A model generated the notes under the pieces. The model was given only the letters and a program-made list of their open reading frames with translations, had not been told where the DNA came from and searched no databases. A stretch of 64,000 bases of DNA. It comes from a virus. Shown in pieces: positions 27,053 through 37,330 of the stretch; position 1 is the stretch's first letter, and each line of letters begins with the position of its first letter. The position numbers were made by a program, and so were the translations under genes. The stretch lies in the IMG/VR virus record IMGVR_UViG_3300028025_000090; one strand, given 5' to 3'.

Positions 27053-28872
27053 ACTGGTGGTGCTTCTTCTGCTGGAGGTGCTTCTTCTGCTGGAGGTGCT
27101 TCTCCACCGCCCAAATCAGCTTCTTCGCCACCTCCTATAGCGGCTCCACCACCTCCGAAGTCTGGAGGCATACCGCCTCCACCGCCTCCACCGCCACCTA
27201 AGTCGCCGCCTTCTCCTCCCGCAGCACCTTCAGCTTGTTGCGCTGCAAGTTCTTTCCAGTTAGGCCCGTTAGCTTTAATTTGTTCAATTTCGTATAGGAA
27301 CTCTGCTTCGTTTCTCAAGAAGTGACGATTAGCAAGAATATCTGAATCTTTCCAATCCAAATATTTTTTCATGGCAAAGGTTTTGGAAACGAATTCACTG
27401 TTTGTAATACTGGTAAAGGTGTTAATTTTTAGTTCAAGCTTTTGACTTTCTCTCATGTCATAGAAATTCGTCGGAACATTAAATTCCACTTGAATATTAT
27501 CTTCGAAAAGATCGTATTCTTCGAACATTTCTTTAAATTTGAGATGAGTGACAAATGCTCTTTTGATACCTTGAGCAAATCTTTGTTGTTGACGAATGAT
27601 CATCTTCGCAAATTTGAGTTCTTCACGAAGCATTTCTGTTCCATCATTATATCCTGTTTCACTATTCAAACGAGAAGTAGGAGTCTTCAGAGAACGATAA
27701 AGTTTCTTGATGAACCAATCTAGAGGCTCCATATTACCATCTGATTGTTGACCACCAAATGTTTCAACAGTTGTTGCTTCTTGTCCTTGTCTTTTAGCAA
27801 ACCAGAAAGAATCCAAAGTAGATTGTGGTGCATATTTTTTAACGACATCACTTTGATCCAAATCGAAAGTCTTAGTAGACCAATATTGAGATTGTAATTT
27901 TCTCAGATATGCTTCAGCTTGAGGAACTGGCAATCTACCAACATCAACATTGAAAAGGAAACGAAGAGGGGCATGAACCATTCTATGGATAACCACAGAA
28001 TCTTCGATCATCGAAAGCTGTCTGTAAGCTCTACGGCAATTCTCAATGAAAGGAATAATAAAATCTTTTGTTTCATTATATTGTCCACTATTCACATAAA
28101 GAACTTGGTTCTGTTCAAATGGAATATATTCATACCGTTCAACTTTTTTATTATCGATGCTAGAAAAAATAGGCTTCTTGTAAATAAATGCTTTGACTAA
28201 CATCGTCTGGATGTTGTCATAAACAGGATCGAATTGATCAGCAGGAAGATTTTTAATGGCAACGACACCTTGTTTGATGTAATCATCTTTTAGAATAAGT
28301 TCAAAAAAGAGTTCACCTTCAACGAGAAATTGTCGGAAATAATGCCATCCATTATCATCCAAATCCAACATGGAACAGAATTTAGAAAATTCTTTTTGTA
28401 ATTCTTCTTTTTTCTCTGATTCCAAATCAGCATTACGGAAATTAAGAGTTACGATCTCTCCATCTTCATCGACGTTAATAGTTTCGTCACAAATTTCATC
28501 CAAAGCATCTGCCACTTCGGAGTAAGCAGCAATCATACGGTAGTCTCTAAGACGACCTGGTTTTTCCTCTGATGCTTGGGAATACATCAAATCCGTAAAG
28601 GATTTGTCTTGGTAAATAGCAGAAAACGCTGTGTTATTCCAGTCGTTATTAAGAGCTACAGAGTTCTTAGCAATCGCTTCAGGTCTGCGTAACCCGATTT
28701 TTTGGAAATATTTATATTTTGTATTCTTTGCTTCATCAGGAGTTTGCTGAAGAAAATTCCCACGATTCTTCAAATAGGATTGCATATTCCTATCGAAAGT
28801 GGAACCCTTGCCGTCACTTCCTTGGTATTGATTATTTGATGATGGGGTTGTTGAACTTCCGACTCCTGCCAT
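27049..28872 (-). CDS. gp20: Portal protein (gp20-like)
   Basis: QLSMIEDSVVIHRMVHAP..F.VDVG.LP...AE.YL; REELKF; Gly/Pro/Glu-rich tail. Confidence 0.95.
   Translation of the reverse strand: MAGVGSSTTPSSNNQYQGSDGKGSTFDRNMQSYLKNRGNFLQQTPDEAKNTKYKYFQKIGLRRPEAIAKNSVALNNDWNNTAFSAIYQDKSFTDLMYSQASEEKPGRLRDYRMIAAYSEVADALDEICDETINVDEDGEIVTLNFRNADLESEKKEELQKEFSKFCSMLDLDDNGWHYFRQFLVEGELFFELILKDDYIKQGVVAIKNLPADQFDPVYDNIQTMLVKAFIYKKPIFSSIDNKKVERYEYIPFEQNQVLYVNSGQYNETKDFIIPFIENCRRAYRQLSMIEDSVVIHRMVHAPLRFLFNVDVGRLPVPQAEAYLRKLQSQYWSTKTFDLDQSDVVKKYAPQSTLDSFWFAKRQGQEATTVETFGGQQSDGNMEPLDWFIKKLYRSLKTPTSRLNSETGYNDGTEMLREELKFAKMIIRQQQRFAQGIKRAFVTHLKFKEMFEEYDLFEDNIQVEFNVPTNFYDMRESQKLELKINTFTSITNSEFVSKTFAMKKYLDWKDSDILANRHFLRNEAEFLYEIEQIKANGPNWKELAAQQAEGAAGGEGGDLGGGGGGGGGMPPDFGGGGAAIGGGEEADLGGGEAPPAEEAPPAEEAPPV
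27059..27103. repeat. 18-bp coding tandem repeat (2.5 copies) in the portal tail
   Basis: GGTGCTTCTTCTGCTGGA repeats encode EAPPAE. Confidence 0.8.
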
Positions 28873-28902
28873 ACTTATTATTTAGGGGGATTTGTCAATT
28901 AT

Positions 28903-29982
28903 TCAATGAGAACTTACCCATCCTGCATCATTAGCAGTGATAAATATCGCATTTCCATTAAAATTATTAAAATAATCAGAACTTAAAGAAATTGTAGCGA
29001 TATTATCATTCACCACCGTAATCACATTCTCTGGTAATTGATAAGCAGAAATCGTGGGAAACTTGGCAGTATCGATCTCCTTATAAATCAATTCAGGAAT
29101 ATTTGTGTTTGCTGACAGATACCAAGTGTTATTGTAACCGAATCGCTTCCCATAGAATTGGAAATTTCTTTCATTCAACTCAGTTACAATCAAAGAATCT
29201 TCTTGATGGATACCATTGATGAAATAATTGGTGAATTCTGGATACGCACTAATCGATACGCTTTCTGTTTGAACACCTTCTGCACTGATAGCATCGAAGA
29301 GATTGTAATCACAAAATCTATTACTGACAGCTAGAGCATGGAAATCTGCATTAACCACATAGATCGGTGCTTGAGTTTGGTTATAATCTTTGAACAACCA
29401 ACCTTTGACTGTGAATGATGTGGATGCAGAAATTCTCCATTTTGTATCAGGTGACAAATCTTTGGGATTTTCATAGGAAATATCACCTGACCATTGAATT
29501 TCCGAACGAATCTCATCAATAAATGGTAGATTAAATTTCTCAGGAATTTTCCAAGAAACGATAATATATGGATTGCAATTTACGACGAAATTCTGGATGA
29601 TCTGATCCAGATCTTCTTTGAAGTAACAAATGATGTTCACATCCAGAGTGAGATTTACTGGAATTGGTGTTGGAATTTTAGCAAGTCTATTGCTAGAATC
29701 CAACTGTTTTCTATACAGAAATTGATCTTTATTTGAAATCCTAGAAGGATCACGAGCTAAACTTGTCTGCTCAATCGTTACTACTGGCAGTGTCAGTGTC
29801 TTAGCTCTATCAGAAAGATCATGAAGGACACGGTGTTTAGGTCCGTTTACATACCGAACTTCAATTTTCTCCTTCGATTGTCTGGTTTTCGCATCGTAAC
29901 GATACACGAAAGCATCGTCAAATGCTGCAACAAACATATTGAGGAGTTGGGAATTTTCGAAAAAGTAATTATAGTCCTTCAC
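28903..29982 (-). CDS. gp15: Tail terminator / sheath stabiliser (gp15-like) with C-terminal extension
   Basis: IEVRYVNGPK, LPVVT, P.PVNL, DLDQI.QN, FTVKGWLF. GTG start. Confidence 0.8.
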   Translation of the reverse strand: MKDYNYFFENSQLLNMFVAAFDDAFVYRYDAKTRQSKEKIEVRYVNGPKHRVLHDLSDRAKTLTLPVVTIEQTSLARDPSRISNKDQFLYRKQLDSSNRLAKIPTPIPVNLTLDVNIICYFKEDLDQIIQNFVVNCNPYIIVSWKIPEKFNLPFIDEIRSEIQWSGDISYENPKDLSPDTKWRISASTSFTVKGWLFKDYNQTQAPIYVVNADFHALAVSNRFCDYNLFDAISAEGVQTESVSISAYPEFTNYFINGIHQEDSLIVTELNERNFQFYGKRFGYNNTWYLSANTNIPELIYKEIDTAKFPTISAYQLPENVITVVNDNIATISLSSDYFNNFNGNAIFITANDAGWVSSH

Positions 29983-29991
29983 TCATAATAC

Positions 29992-30216
29992 TTAATCAAC
30001 ATCAATGTATTTAGCTTTAATCACATTATCGGCAATATCAGATAAAAGTTCAGATGCATAGATTTGGGGGTCGTCTGATTGACAAATAATCTCTCCACTG
30101 AAACAATTATATTCTTTGAAAAAATCTATTACTTTATCAAAAACGATATTGCGAATTTCTTCGGAATCTTCATATTCCACGATAGTATCTGTATATAGGT
30201 TGTATTGTTTTCTCAT
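29992..30216 (-). CDS. Hypothetical protein
   Basis: ATG 30216 just after the AAA stop. Confidence 0.55.
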   Translation of the reverse strand: MRKQYNLYTDTIVEYEDSEEIRNIVFDKVIDFFKEYNCFSGEIICQSDDPQIYASELLSDIADNVIKAKYIDVD

Positions 30217-30220
30217 ATTA

Positions 30221-31363
30221 TTAAAAATTTCCAAATCCAATCGCTCTTTCTTGTTGCTTCAAAGGTGAGTCAAATTCTTCAACATTGAAGACATCACACA
30301 GAGCAATTTCATCATCAAAAATATGGCTGATACCGCAATGTTCTCCCAAACGATTGGCATCTTTTACTGAAAGTTTACCAAAATGGTGAGAGATGTGGAG
30401 TCTTCCTTTTCTCAATAAAGCTGAATCAATTGCTTTGATATCAGCATTCATCGTGGCAACCACTTTGATTTTCAGTGAGTCCTTGAGGAAACCATCAGTC
30501 AAGTTCAACAAATTTGTTGTTGCTGAATTTCTATCACCACAAAGAATTTGTTCTGCGTCTTCCACGATCAAAGTGCATCCTTGATTCTGTAACATGAAAG
30601 AAACGAAGCTTGGTTCTGATATAATACTAACCATCGAAGGTGGAACATAGATAACATCATTCTCACATTTCGTGATCATGTTCTTGATGAAGTTCGTCTT
30701 ACCACATCCAGGAGGTCCGTAAAATACCATGAGATTATTTGATTTATCGTCAAAGAATTTCATGATCTTTTCATATGGAAATTCGTCTCCATAATACAAA
30801 GGATACTCCCCGTCTTTAATTTCAATATTATTGAAAGTGGTCTTTTGTTTATACAAACCTTGAGCATTCTGAGCGATCATGTAAAAGTTCTTCTCCGAAT
30901 CGGGAACGAAAAGAACGTTCATATCAATTAACTCCCCTAACAATTGTTCGATAGCATTTTTATTTTTAAGAAGAGGGCAAAATGATATGGAAACAACTCC
31001 GCTTTCCAAGCCAACAAATTCCACATCTTCATCATCCTCTTTATCAATTTTGTTTTCAGGTAAACCGAAATTACAACGAACCATCAAATATAAAAATTCG
31101 TTGAAATAATATCCAGCTTTGAAATCATTGATTTTATATTGATGGGTGACATCAAATTTCCATTTTCTGAAAAGATCATGGATATCATTAAGTCTTCGAG
31201 CATCTACTAGATAATCATCGAGAATAATAGTGTTCAGAGAAATATTTCCAAACTTCTGTTCAAATTCTTGAGGATAGTCAGAAGGATTCTTAAATTCACC
31301 AACTGAATTCACCCAATAGGTTCTCTCCAGTGCTTTTTTGATTGTTTCTTTTAATTTGCTCAT
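30221..31363 (-). CDS. AAA+ ATPase
   Basis: GPPGCGKT, LIVEDAE, LLNLTDG, ALLRKGR. Confidence 0.9.
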   Translation of the reverse strand: MSKLKETIKKALERTYWVNSVGEFKNPSDYPQEFEQKFGNISLNTIILDDYLVDARRLNDIHDLFRKWKFDVTHQYKINDFKAGYYFNEFLYLMVRCNFGLPENKIDKEDDEDVEFVGLESGVVSISFCPLLKNKNAIEQLLGELIDMNVLFVPDSEKNFYMIAQNAQGLYKQKTTFNNIEIKDGEYPLYYGDEFPYEKIMKFFDDKSNNLMVFYGPPGCGKTNFIKNMITKCENDVIYVPPSMVSIISEPSFVSFMLQNQGCTLIVEDAEQILCGDRNSATTNLLNLTDGFLKDSLKIKVVATMNADIKAIDSALLRKGRLHISHHFGKLSVKDANRLGEHCGISHIFDDEIALCDVFNVEEFDSPLKQQERAIGFGNF

Positions 31364-31364
31364 A

Positions 31365-32990
31365 TCAGTTAAATCTGTCTAGGAAGAACTTGGGAAGCTT
31401 CTTCTTGTTTCTATTAATAGCATCAAAAATGCTCCCGTCAAGTATATATGTTTCACACCAGTCATCATGGGCGCGAACACTACGACCACAAGCCTGAAGC
31501 AGAGTCTTGAGCATAGCATTACCATACCAATCCTTATCAATTTTCATCAGCTTCTCTACTCGAACATCTTTTGTAGGGAGCCATGGTGCTTTCAGAATGA
31601 TTTGGAAGCGAGACAAATCACCTTTCAAATCCACGCCATATGTCATTGACGGAGATACCAAAATGGTCGGTTCGCTGGACGATTCATGGATTTCCAAAAG
31701 CTGTTCATTATTCACTCCCGCTTCTCTACAAAGCAAACGATCTGATTTTATATTTTCTCGAATATAATCTGCCAAATATTGGGTGTGTGTATGAATGATA
31801 CCCTTTTCATCTTTATGATGTTCCATAATACCTTTGATCTGTTTCACCAAAGTTGGAAGCATGGATTTTAGATTTTGGAAATTTAATTTCTGTTTCGCCA
31901 TGATGTGAATTGGTGACTTCTCTGGATTGAAGTCTGTTCCAATATGGATATATTCATGATCTTTAATACCAAGAGCTTTACAATAAGCATCAGGATCAAT
32001 AATCGTTGCAGAAAGAATGACTACCTTTTCAGCATAATCAAACAAATATTTTGAAAGAACATCAACTTTCAAAGGAATAAATCGAATGGCATTTTCCAAT
32101 CGTTCTACGATGTAGTCGCTATCATAGAAAGTATCGACCAACAATTGCAAGGAATTTTGAAGATTGGTGAGTTTGGTGTATTCCTGTTTCTTTTTATTGA
32201 AAGTGATGATATCCTTTTTATTACTATTCTCACCAAACCAACTTTTGTATTCTTCTACGGAATTTATTACACTGTCTGCAACCTTGCTAATCCATGCCAA
32301 CACCTTGGTTTTGTTATTATCATCATTAGGGAATGGCGTGACGAGTGTTTGAGTCTTCATGAGAAATGGGATATCCACTTCACATGTAAATTGACCGACT
32401 AACTGCTCTTCCAATTCCGAACCCTCATCACATACAATGATTTGTCTTTTCTTGAGATGGTTGGGGAGAGAGAAAAACATACTGTAATTCAAAGCAGAAA
32501 ACTTTGATGTTAGCATGTTATTACGAGAATTGTAATATGGACAACGATTAGCTTTCCAACACTCATTCTTTTGATTTGCCACGTAAATACATGGTGCGAT
32601 ATCAACAGATAATGTATCATCCACATCACACTGGTAATTACTTTTACCTTTTAGGACTCCTGTATCATCGAAAGTATTCTGGTATTGGTCTTGAAGGGAT
32701 TTGGTGATCGTCAAAGAATAACATCCAAATGGATCGATATCTTTCATCAATTCTGCACCATTCTCAGCGAATACGCTATAATTCTTCACGAGTCGTTCAA
32801 ATTCAACGGGAACATCTTTGGATACGTTCCCAAGGGTTTTAGCTAAGTGTGTTTTACCTACACCTGTGTCTGCATGAACGATTACGAATTTTTTACCATT
32901 CTCAAACGCCTTTTCAATAGCATTAAGAGCTTTGGCTTGTTTATCACGAGGGTTAAATCCCTCTGGAAAGTTTAATATTAAGTTACGCAT
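31365..32990 (-). CDS. DinG/Rad3-like SF2 helicase
   Basis: ADTGVGKT, DEGSE, Cys cluster, SATI, GVDL, QACGRSVR..DD...YILD. Confidence 0.9.
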   Translation of the reverse strand: MRNLILNFPEGFNPRDKQAKALNAIEKAFENGKKFVIVHADTGVGKTHLAKTLGNVSKDVPVEFERLVKNYSVFAENGAELMKDIDPFGCYSLTITKSLQDQYQNTFDDTGVLKGKSNYQCDVDDTLSVDIAPCIYVANQKNECWKANRCPYYNSRNNMLTSKFSALNYSMFFSLPNHLKKRQIIVCDEGSELEEQLVGQFTCEVDIPFLMKTQTLVTPFPNDDNNKTKVLAWISKVADSVINSVEEYKSWFGENSNKKDIITFNKKKQEYTKLTNLQNSLQLLVDTFYDSDYIVERLENAIRFIPLKVDVLSKYLFDYAEKVVILSATIIDPDAYCKALGIKDHEYIHIGTDFNPEKSPIHIMAKQKLNFQNLKSMLPTLVKQIKGIMEHHKDEKGIIHTHTQYLADYIRENIKSDRLLCREAGVNNEQLLEIHESSSEPTILVSPSMTYGVDLKGDLSRFQIILKAPWLPTKDVRVEKLMKIDKDWYGNAMLKTLLQACGRSVRAHDDWCETYILDGSIFDAINRNKKKLPKFFLDRFN

Positions 32991-33051
32991 TTTCTAAGAT
33001 TTCAATTTTAACATCAAAAGACATTTGATGTGGAAATCCTACCACGTAATT

Positions 33052-33381
33052 TTAGGATGTCAAGACGTAAAGATAATTATCGAAAAATTTAGACGCATCT
33101 GATTTGTTGATCGCTTTCATCTTCCAATAAACTTCTTCAGTTCTTGGACAGAATGCGCTCAGAGCATAATCAAAAATAAATCCATTTTCAATTTTTTTAA
33201 TATCATAAGGATAAGAGATTTCCCATTCTTTGATCTCCCCATCTTCCTCAATTTTAAATCTTACGAAATTTTGTTTCGTGTTAAACATTTGTATTTTACC
33301 CCCTTTTATTGTTCGGGAATTCAAAACAAATTTTACATCACGGAAAATTAATTTTTTTAAATGTTCTTCGATTCTATTCAT
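33052..33381 (-). CDS. Hypothetical protein
   Basis: Coupled ORF within an operon. Confidence 0.6.
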   Translation of the reverse strand: MNRIEEHLKKLIFRDVKFVLNSRTIKGGKIQMFNTKQNFVRFKIEEDGEIKEWEISYPYDIKKIENGFIFDYALSAFCPRTEEVYWKMKAINKSDASKFFDNYLYVLTS

Positions 33382-33791
33382 GGGTAAGGGTCGAGATTGA
33401 GTTCGTTGTCCATGTATCGCAATTTCTCGTTTGGACTCATGGGGAATATATTTTCATTGAAAAACTTCCAAAAGTTATCATCTGCTGGGATTTTTTGGAC
33501 GAGGTAGCACATGTCCATTGAGACATTTCTAAAGTCCTGCATGAAGATATCCCATGTGACAACCAGATCATGTCTACGCTCATCAACTTTTTTGGGGTCA
33601 AAAGAACCTGAAAAGTTCAAAGTTGTTTTACCATTATAAGAATTAAGAATCTCCATACTGTTCGTACATAACATCTGACGAATATAAGGTCGTCCTGGTG
33701 AGCGTTCAGGTCGCCTACGAACAATTAATAAATCACAAATATTACTTTTCAGTAATCTTTGCAATTCACTTCGTCTTAACTTTTTCAGCAT
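33378..33791 (-). CDS. WYL_2/DUF2693-like SH3-fold protein
   Basis: RQMLCT...LVVTWDIFMQDFRNV. Confidence 0.55.
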   Translation of the reverse strand: MLKKLRRSELQRLLKSNICDLLIVRRRPERSPGRPYIRQMLCTNSMEILNSYNGKTTLNFSGSFDPKKVDERRHDLVVTWDIFMQDFRNVSMDMCYLVQKIPADDNFWKFFNENIFPMSPNEKLRYMDNELNLDPYP

Positions 33792-34194
33792 TTACTTCAC
33801 AAACGCCAAACATGCGCTGCTCATTCAAGAACAAACCGTTCTTCACTTTACCATGACCTGTTACTTCCAAGTTGGTGATTGGAATACCCATATTATTAGG
33901 GAACACTACGATATCACCAACTTCAGTGTATCGCACGTTTGGTCCTTTGAGGATGACTTTACCTTTTCTCCAAGCATTATGAACTTGAGCAACAGGAATT
34001 GCAATTCCTCCACGTAGAATATAGTCACCTGTTTCTTCTCCTGTGACCAAATCACAATATTCAAGAAGCATCACATCGTCAAAAAGTTTGGATAGACTAT
34101 AATCATCCAAACCAAAATCACTTGGTAGTGCTTTATCACTGAGATCAATGTGGGATTTTTGAGGGGCTAAAACATCAATAGATACGTTCGACAT
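33766..34194 (-). CDS. groES: GroES/gp31-like co-chaperonin
   Basis: GGIAIP, GKVILKGP...VGDIVVF, LNEQRMFGV. Confidence 0.75.
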   Translation of the reverse strand: MSNVSIDVLAPQKSHIDLSDKALPSDFGLDDYSLSKLFDDVMLLEYCDLVTGEETGDYILRGGIAIPVAQVHNAWRKGKVILKGPNVRYTEVGDIVVFPNNMGIPITNLEVTGHGKVKNGLFLNEQRMFGVCEVNAEKVKTK

Positions 34195-34215
34195 GAATAT
34201 ATTTATTGGTATTAT

Positions 34216-34983
34216 TTATTTGTCAATCGATATTTGACAATTTCCACCGTGCTTAACCTTAAACGGTGTGTTAATATGTTTGTAGTGTTGCACTAAATCG
34301 TGGATCATATTCAATTTATCATAATCTGGTTCTATCCAGTAGTGACCACCTTCCAATTTCATATCTACTAATTGTTGATATGCTATTTTATCTATGGTAT
34401 CATGTGAGACACATGACAAATGATAATTGACACCACCAAAATGATAAACAAAATCAATATTGCTATTATCATTTTCCTCTAATAAAATATTCCGATCATT
34501 CAAATCATTACAAATTTTAATATCTTCTGCGGGTGCAGACGTGGCATCTTCTGGAATTTTATATCCACCAACATTATACCATTCTTCTTTTTTGAAAGAA
34601 ATTGAATTAGGTGATGAATTACCTATCAAAAATTCATCCCCATATATAAGATAACATGGAATATTTCTATAAGCTTTATTCTCATCATATTTTGAAATGT
34701 GATTACTAATTCGGTTTGGTAGAAAAACATCATCGTCGTCCAATGGAAATATTAAATCGTAATTTCCAACGGAAATGCCGATATTTCTTTTCTCTGCAAC
34801 TGTCATTTTCCTGTTACAATTTATAACAGTCACGTTTGAATAATCACAATGCAGTGTCACATTTTTATCATCATTGATGATAACTAAATGTTTATCATCC
34901 CAATCCTGTGATAAGAAAGATGCTAACATCCTTCCCAAATAAGGTATTCTACCGTATGTAGGGCATACAACAAGACTTTTCAT
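34216..34983 (-). CDS. Glycosyltransferase family 2
   Basis: CPTYGR, VIIND, KRNIG, DDDD. Confidence 0.85.
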   Translation of the reverse strand: MKSLVVCPTYGRIPYLGRMLASFLSQDWDDKHLVIINDDKNVTLHCDYSNVTVINCNRKMTVAEKRNIGISVGNYDLIFPLDDDDVFLPNRISNHISKYDENKAYRNIPCYLIYGDEFLIGNSSPNSISFKKEEWYNVGGYKIPEDATSAPAEDIKICNDLNDRNILLEENDNSNIDFVYHFGGVNYHLSCVSHDTIDKIAYQQLVDMKLEGGHYWIEPDYDKLNMIHDLVQHYKHINTPFKVKHGGNCQISIDK

Positions 34984-35240
34984 TTTTCTCTTTTTTTAGA
35001 TATATATTTAATATTTTTTCTTTTCAATTTGGGAATCACATTTTCAAAGAATCGAAATGCTTCTTCGTCCGTATCGAATATCTGTGAGTATCTATTCACT
35101 GTCTCATTAGCATAATTCAACAGATCTTTATCATAGAAACTCAAGTAACGAGTGACCATGTATGGAGAAAATTCTTCCAACAATTCATTTGTCATCTCCC
35201 CTTTCTTATCAAAAAGAATATGATTTATTGCGTTAAACAT
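34980..35240 (-). CDS. gp62: Clamp loader small subunit (gp62-like)
   Basis: SPYMVTRYLS...NYANE.VN.Y...F...IPK.KR pattern. Confidence 0.6.
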   Translation of the reverse strand: MFNAINHILFDKKGEMTNELLEEFSPYMVTRYLSFYDKDLLNYANETVNRYSQIFDTDEEAFRFFENVIPKLKRKNIKYISKKREK

Positions 35241-36004
35241 AAGCGATTATTGATGATGTTTATATATTCCCCACTGATCTCACTGCCTACAAAATTTCTA
35301 TTATTTTTTATAGCCATTTTAGCAGTAGTTCCACTTCCCATGAACGGATCATATACCAAATCACCTTCATTTGACCAACTTAAAATATGATCTTCTGCCA
35401 ATTTTTCAGGAAAGATTGCGGGATGTTTGTATGCAATTTTATCATCAGACCCATAACCACCTCCTTGCGTATACTTCCAGATATTACGTCGAATACCGAA
35501 TTCAGGAGCGATTTTACTTTCATATTTCTCACCCATAGTCCCGTCTGCTTTTCGACGTTGGCGAGTTTTACCCCAACGCTCTCTCCATTTATTTGGTCTA
35601 TCGCAAATAGGATTGAATGTTTTGATTTTATCTTTGGATAAAACAAACATATATTCAAATGCAGGGTAATATCTATTTTTCACTGGTGAGACACCACTCT
35701 TCTCATAAATGATGACATCATGTAATTTGAAGCCAATTTCTTTGAAGTAAAGAGCTTGACGGAAACTCGTTCCAGATTTATCACCATCTTTAGTCTGATC
35801 ACCGACCACCCAAACAACAACTCCACCTTTCTTAGTGACTTTGAAAAGCCCCTTGGCTACATTTTCAAAGTCGAAAGAATAACCATTATAAGTTCGCAAA
35901 TCATCATATGGAGGACTGGTAACAGTTAAATCAATGGATTCTTCTGACATACTATTCATAGTATCCAGACAATTTTCATTATATATTTTATTAATTTCAA
36001 ACAT
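35225..36004 (-). CDS. DNA N4-C/N6-A methyltransferase (beta class)
   Basis: TSPPY, HPAIFP, DPFMGSGTT. Confidence 0.92.
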   Translation of the reverse strand: MFEINKIYNENCLDTMNSMSEESIDLTVTSPPYDDLRTYNGYSFDFENVAKGLFKVTKKGGVVVWVVGDQTKDGDKSGTSFRQALYFKEIGFKLHDVIIYEKSGVSPVKNRYYPAFEYMFVLSKDKIKTFNPICDRPNKWRERWGKTRQRRKADGTMGEKYESKIAPEFGIRRNIWKYTQGGGYGSDDKIAYKHPAIFPEKLAEDHILSWSNEGDLVYDPFMGSGTTAKMAIKNNRNFVGSEISGEYINIINNRLCLTQ

Positions 36005-36731
36005 CACATTTAATCATTTTATCGTAGTAAATATCAGTTGCTTCTCCACCATCGCTAAACCACTTGGAAGGGAAATAAGATGTCTTATCACCAATCAAAG
36101 CTGCCCACCAAGAAAAGGTAGAGTTGCTCCCCACTACGATATCACAATTTGACATATATGCAAGATCTTTAATATCAGAATCGGAATGTAATATTTCAAA
36201 TTTATAATTCGGAAATTCGTTGATTACATGATTTGGATCATCAGTGAATACTTTAATATTTTGCCCTTTGTATTTTTCAAAGAACTTTTCAAAGTATTCT
36301 GTATGACAAACATGATGAATTGTAGCATGTTTGAGATAATCCCCTCTTCTAATATGAAATGCTATATCAATTTCTGAATCAACTTCTGGCAAGTTCAATA
36401 AAGAAATAAATTCATCTTTATATTCTTCGAAATATTTCAAAGATTGAAAATACCCATTCAATGATACAGACCCTACATGGAATGGTAACTCATCATAATT
36501 AAATCTTTTTTCATGGATACCAATCACATCTCTAGTGAAACAATTACCATATTCAAAATTCTTGAAAATTGTATCCTTATACACTAAAGGATTGGTTCCT
36601 TGACCAGCAAACCAATTATAAGGGTTGACGATCAATTTCTTACCATGTTTCTTGGCATAAGCATAGCCAGCAGCTATTTGAAATAACTGATTGCCCACGC
36701 CACCAATAACATTTACGTAGCAACTATTCAT
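35997..36731 (-). CDS. GT11 alpha-1,2-fucosyltransferase-like
   Basis: GGVGNQLFQ, GYFQS, HIRRGDY, NSTFSWW. Confidence 0.9.
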   Translation of the reverse strand: MNSCYVNVIGGVGNQLFQIAAGYAYAKKHGKKLIVNPYNWFAGQGTNPLVYKDTIFKNFEYGNCFTRDVIGIHEKRFNYDELPFHVGSVSLNGYFQSLKYFEEYKDEFISLLNLPEVDSEIDIAFHIRRGDYLKHATIHHVCHTEYFEKFFEKYKGQNIKVFTDDPNHVINEFPNYKFEILHSDSDIKDLAYMSNCDIVVGSNSTFSWWAALIGDKTSYFPSKWFSDGGEATDIYYDKMIKCDV

Positions 36732-36733
36732 AT

Positions 36734-37330
36734 TTAAAATTGAAATAATATAATTTTGTTATCGTAGTATGTTCCGAAATCGAAATATGAAAATTCTGCA
36801 TTTGGAGTTTTTTTCAAAATGTTGAGTAATCCGTTCGGATCATAACCAACATCTTCTATTATAATGACACCTCCCTTTTCTATTTTATCAGAATATAATT
36901 CTAACAATCTGACATGAGAATCTGGAGAATGGGGACCATCATCGATAAGAATCGTTATATTTTCAAATTTATTTGCTATTTCCTCGGTGTATGCGTCTCC
37001 TACTATATATTCAACATTTTTCCCAGAAATCCATTCATTATTTATTGGCACAGAATGTTCATTTTTATCATATAGATTATCTAAACCATATATTTTACTA
37101 TCTTCTGAAAAATATTCCCTCCATAATTTTAAAGATGCTCCGCTTCTAACTCCAATTTCAACTATAGTGTTATTATTGTCTCTAAATTTTTTAAAGAAAT
37201 CTTCATAAAATTTATCTATATAAGATTTTGGATGACCTTTATCTGTCCCGTAATTAGGATTAATTCTCATATTTTCTTCATCGAAAATATTCAGTTTATA
37301 TTCATTTAAAATTTGTTTCAATGTTTTCAT
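36734..37330 (-). CDS. Class I SAM-dependent methyltransferase (sugar O-MTase-like)
   Basis: VEIGVRSGASL, IDDGPH, GGVIIIED. Confidence 0.85.
   Translation of the reverse strand: MKTLKQILNEYKLNIFDEENMRINPNYGTDKGHPKSYIDKFYEDFFKKFRDNNNTIVEIGVRSGASLKLWREYFSEDSKIYGLDNLYDKNEHSVPINNEWISGKNVEYIVGDAYTEEIANKFENITILIDDGPHSPDSHVRLLELYSDKIEKGGVIIIEDVGYDPNGLLNILKKTPNAEFSYFDFGTYYDNKIILFQF

Noticed and set aside
27049-27260. GC-rich Gly/Pro/Glu low-complexity stretch
   Set aside because: Ordinary disordered portal C-terminal tail.
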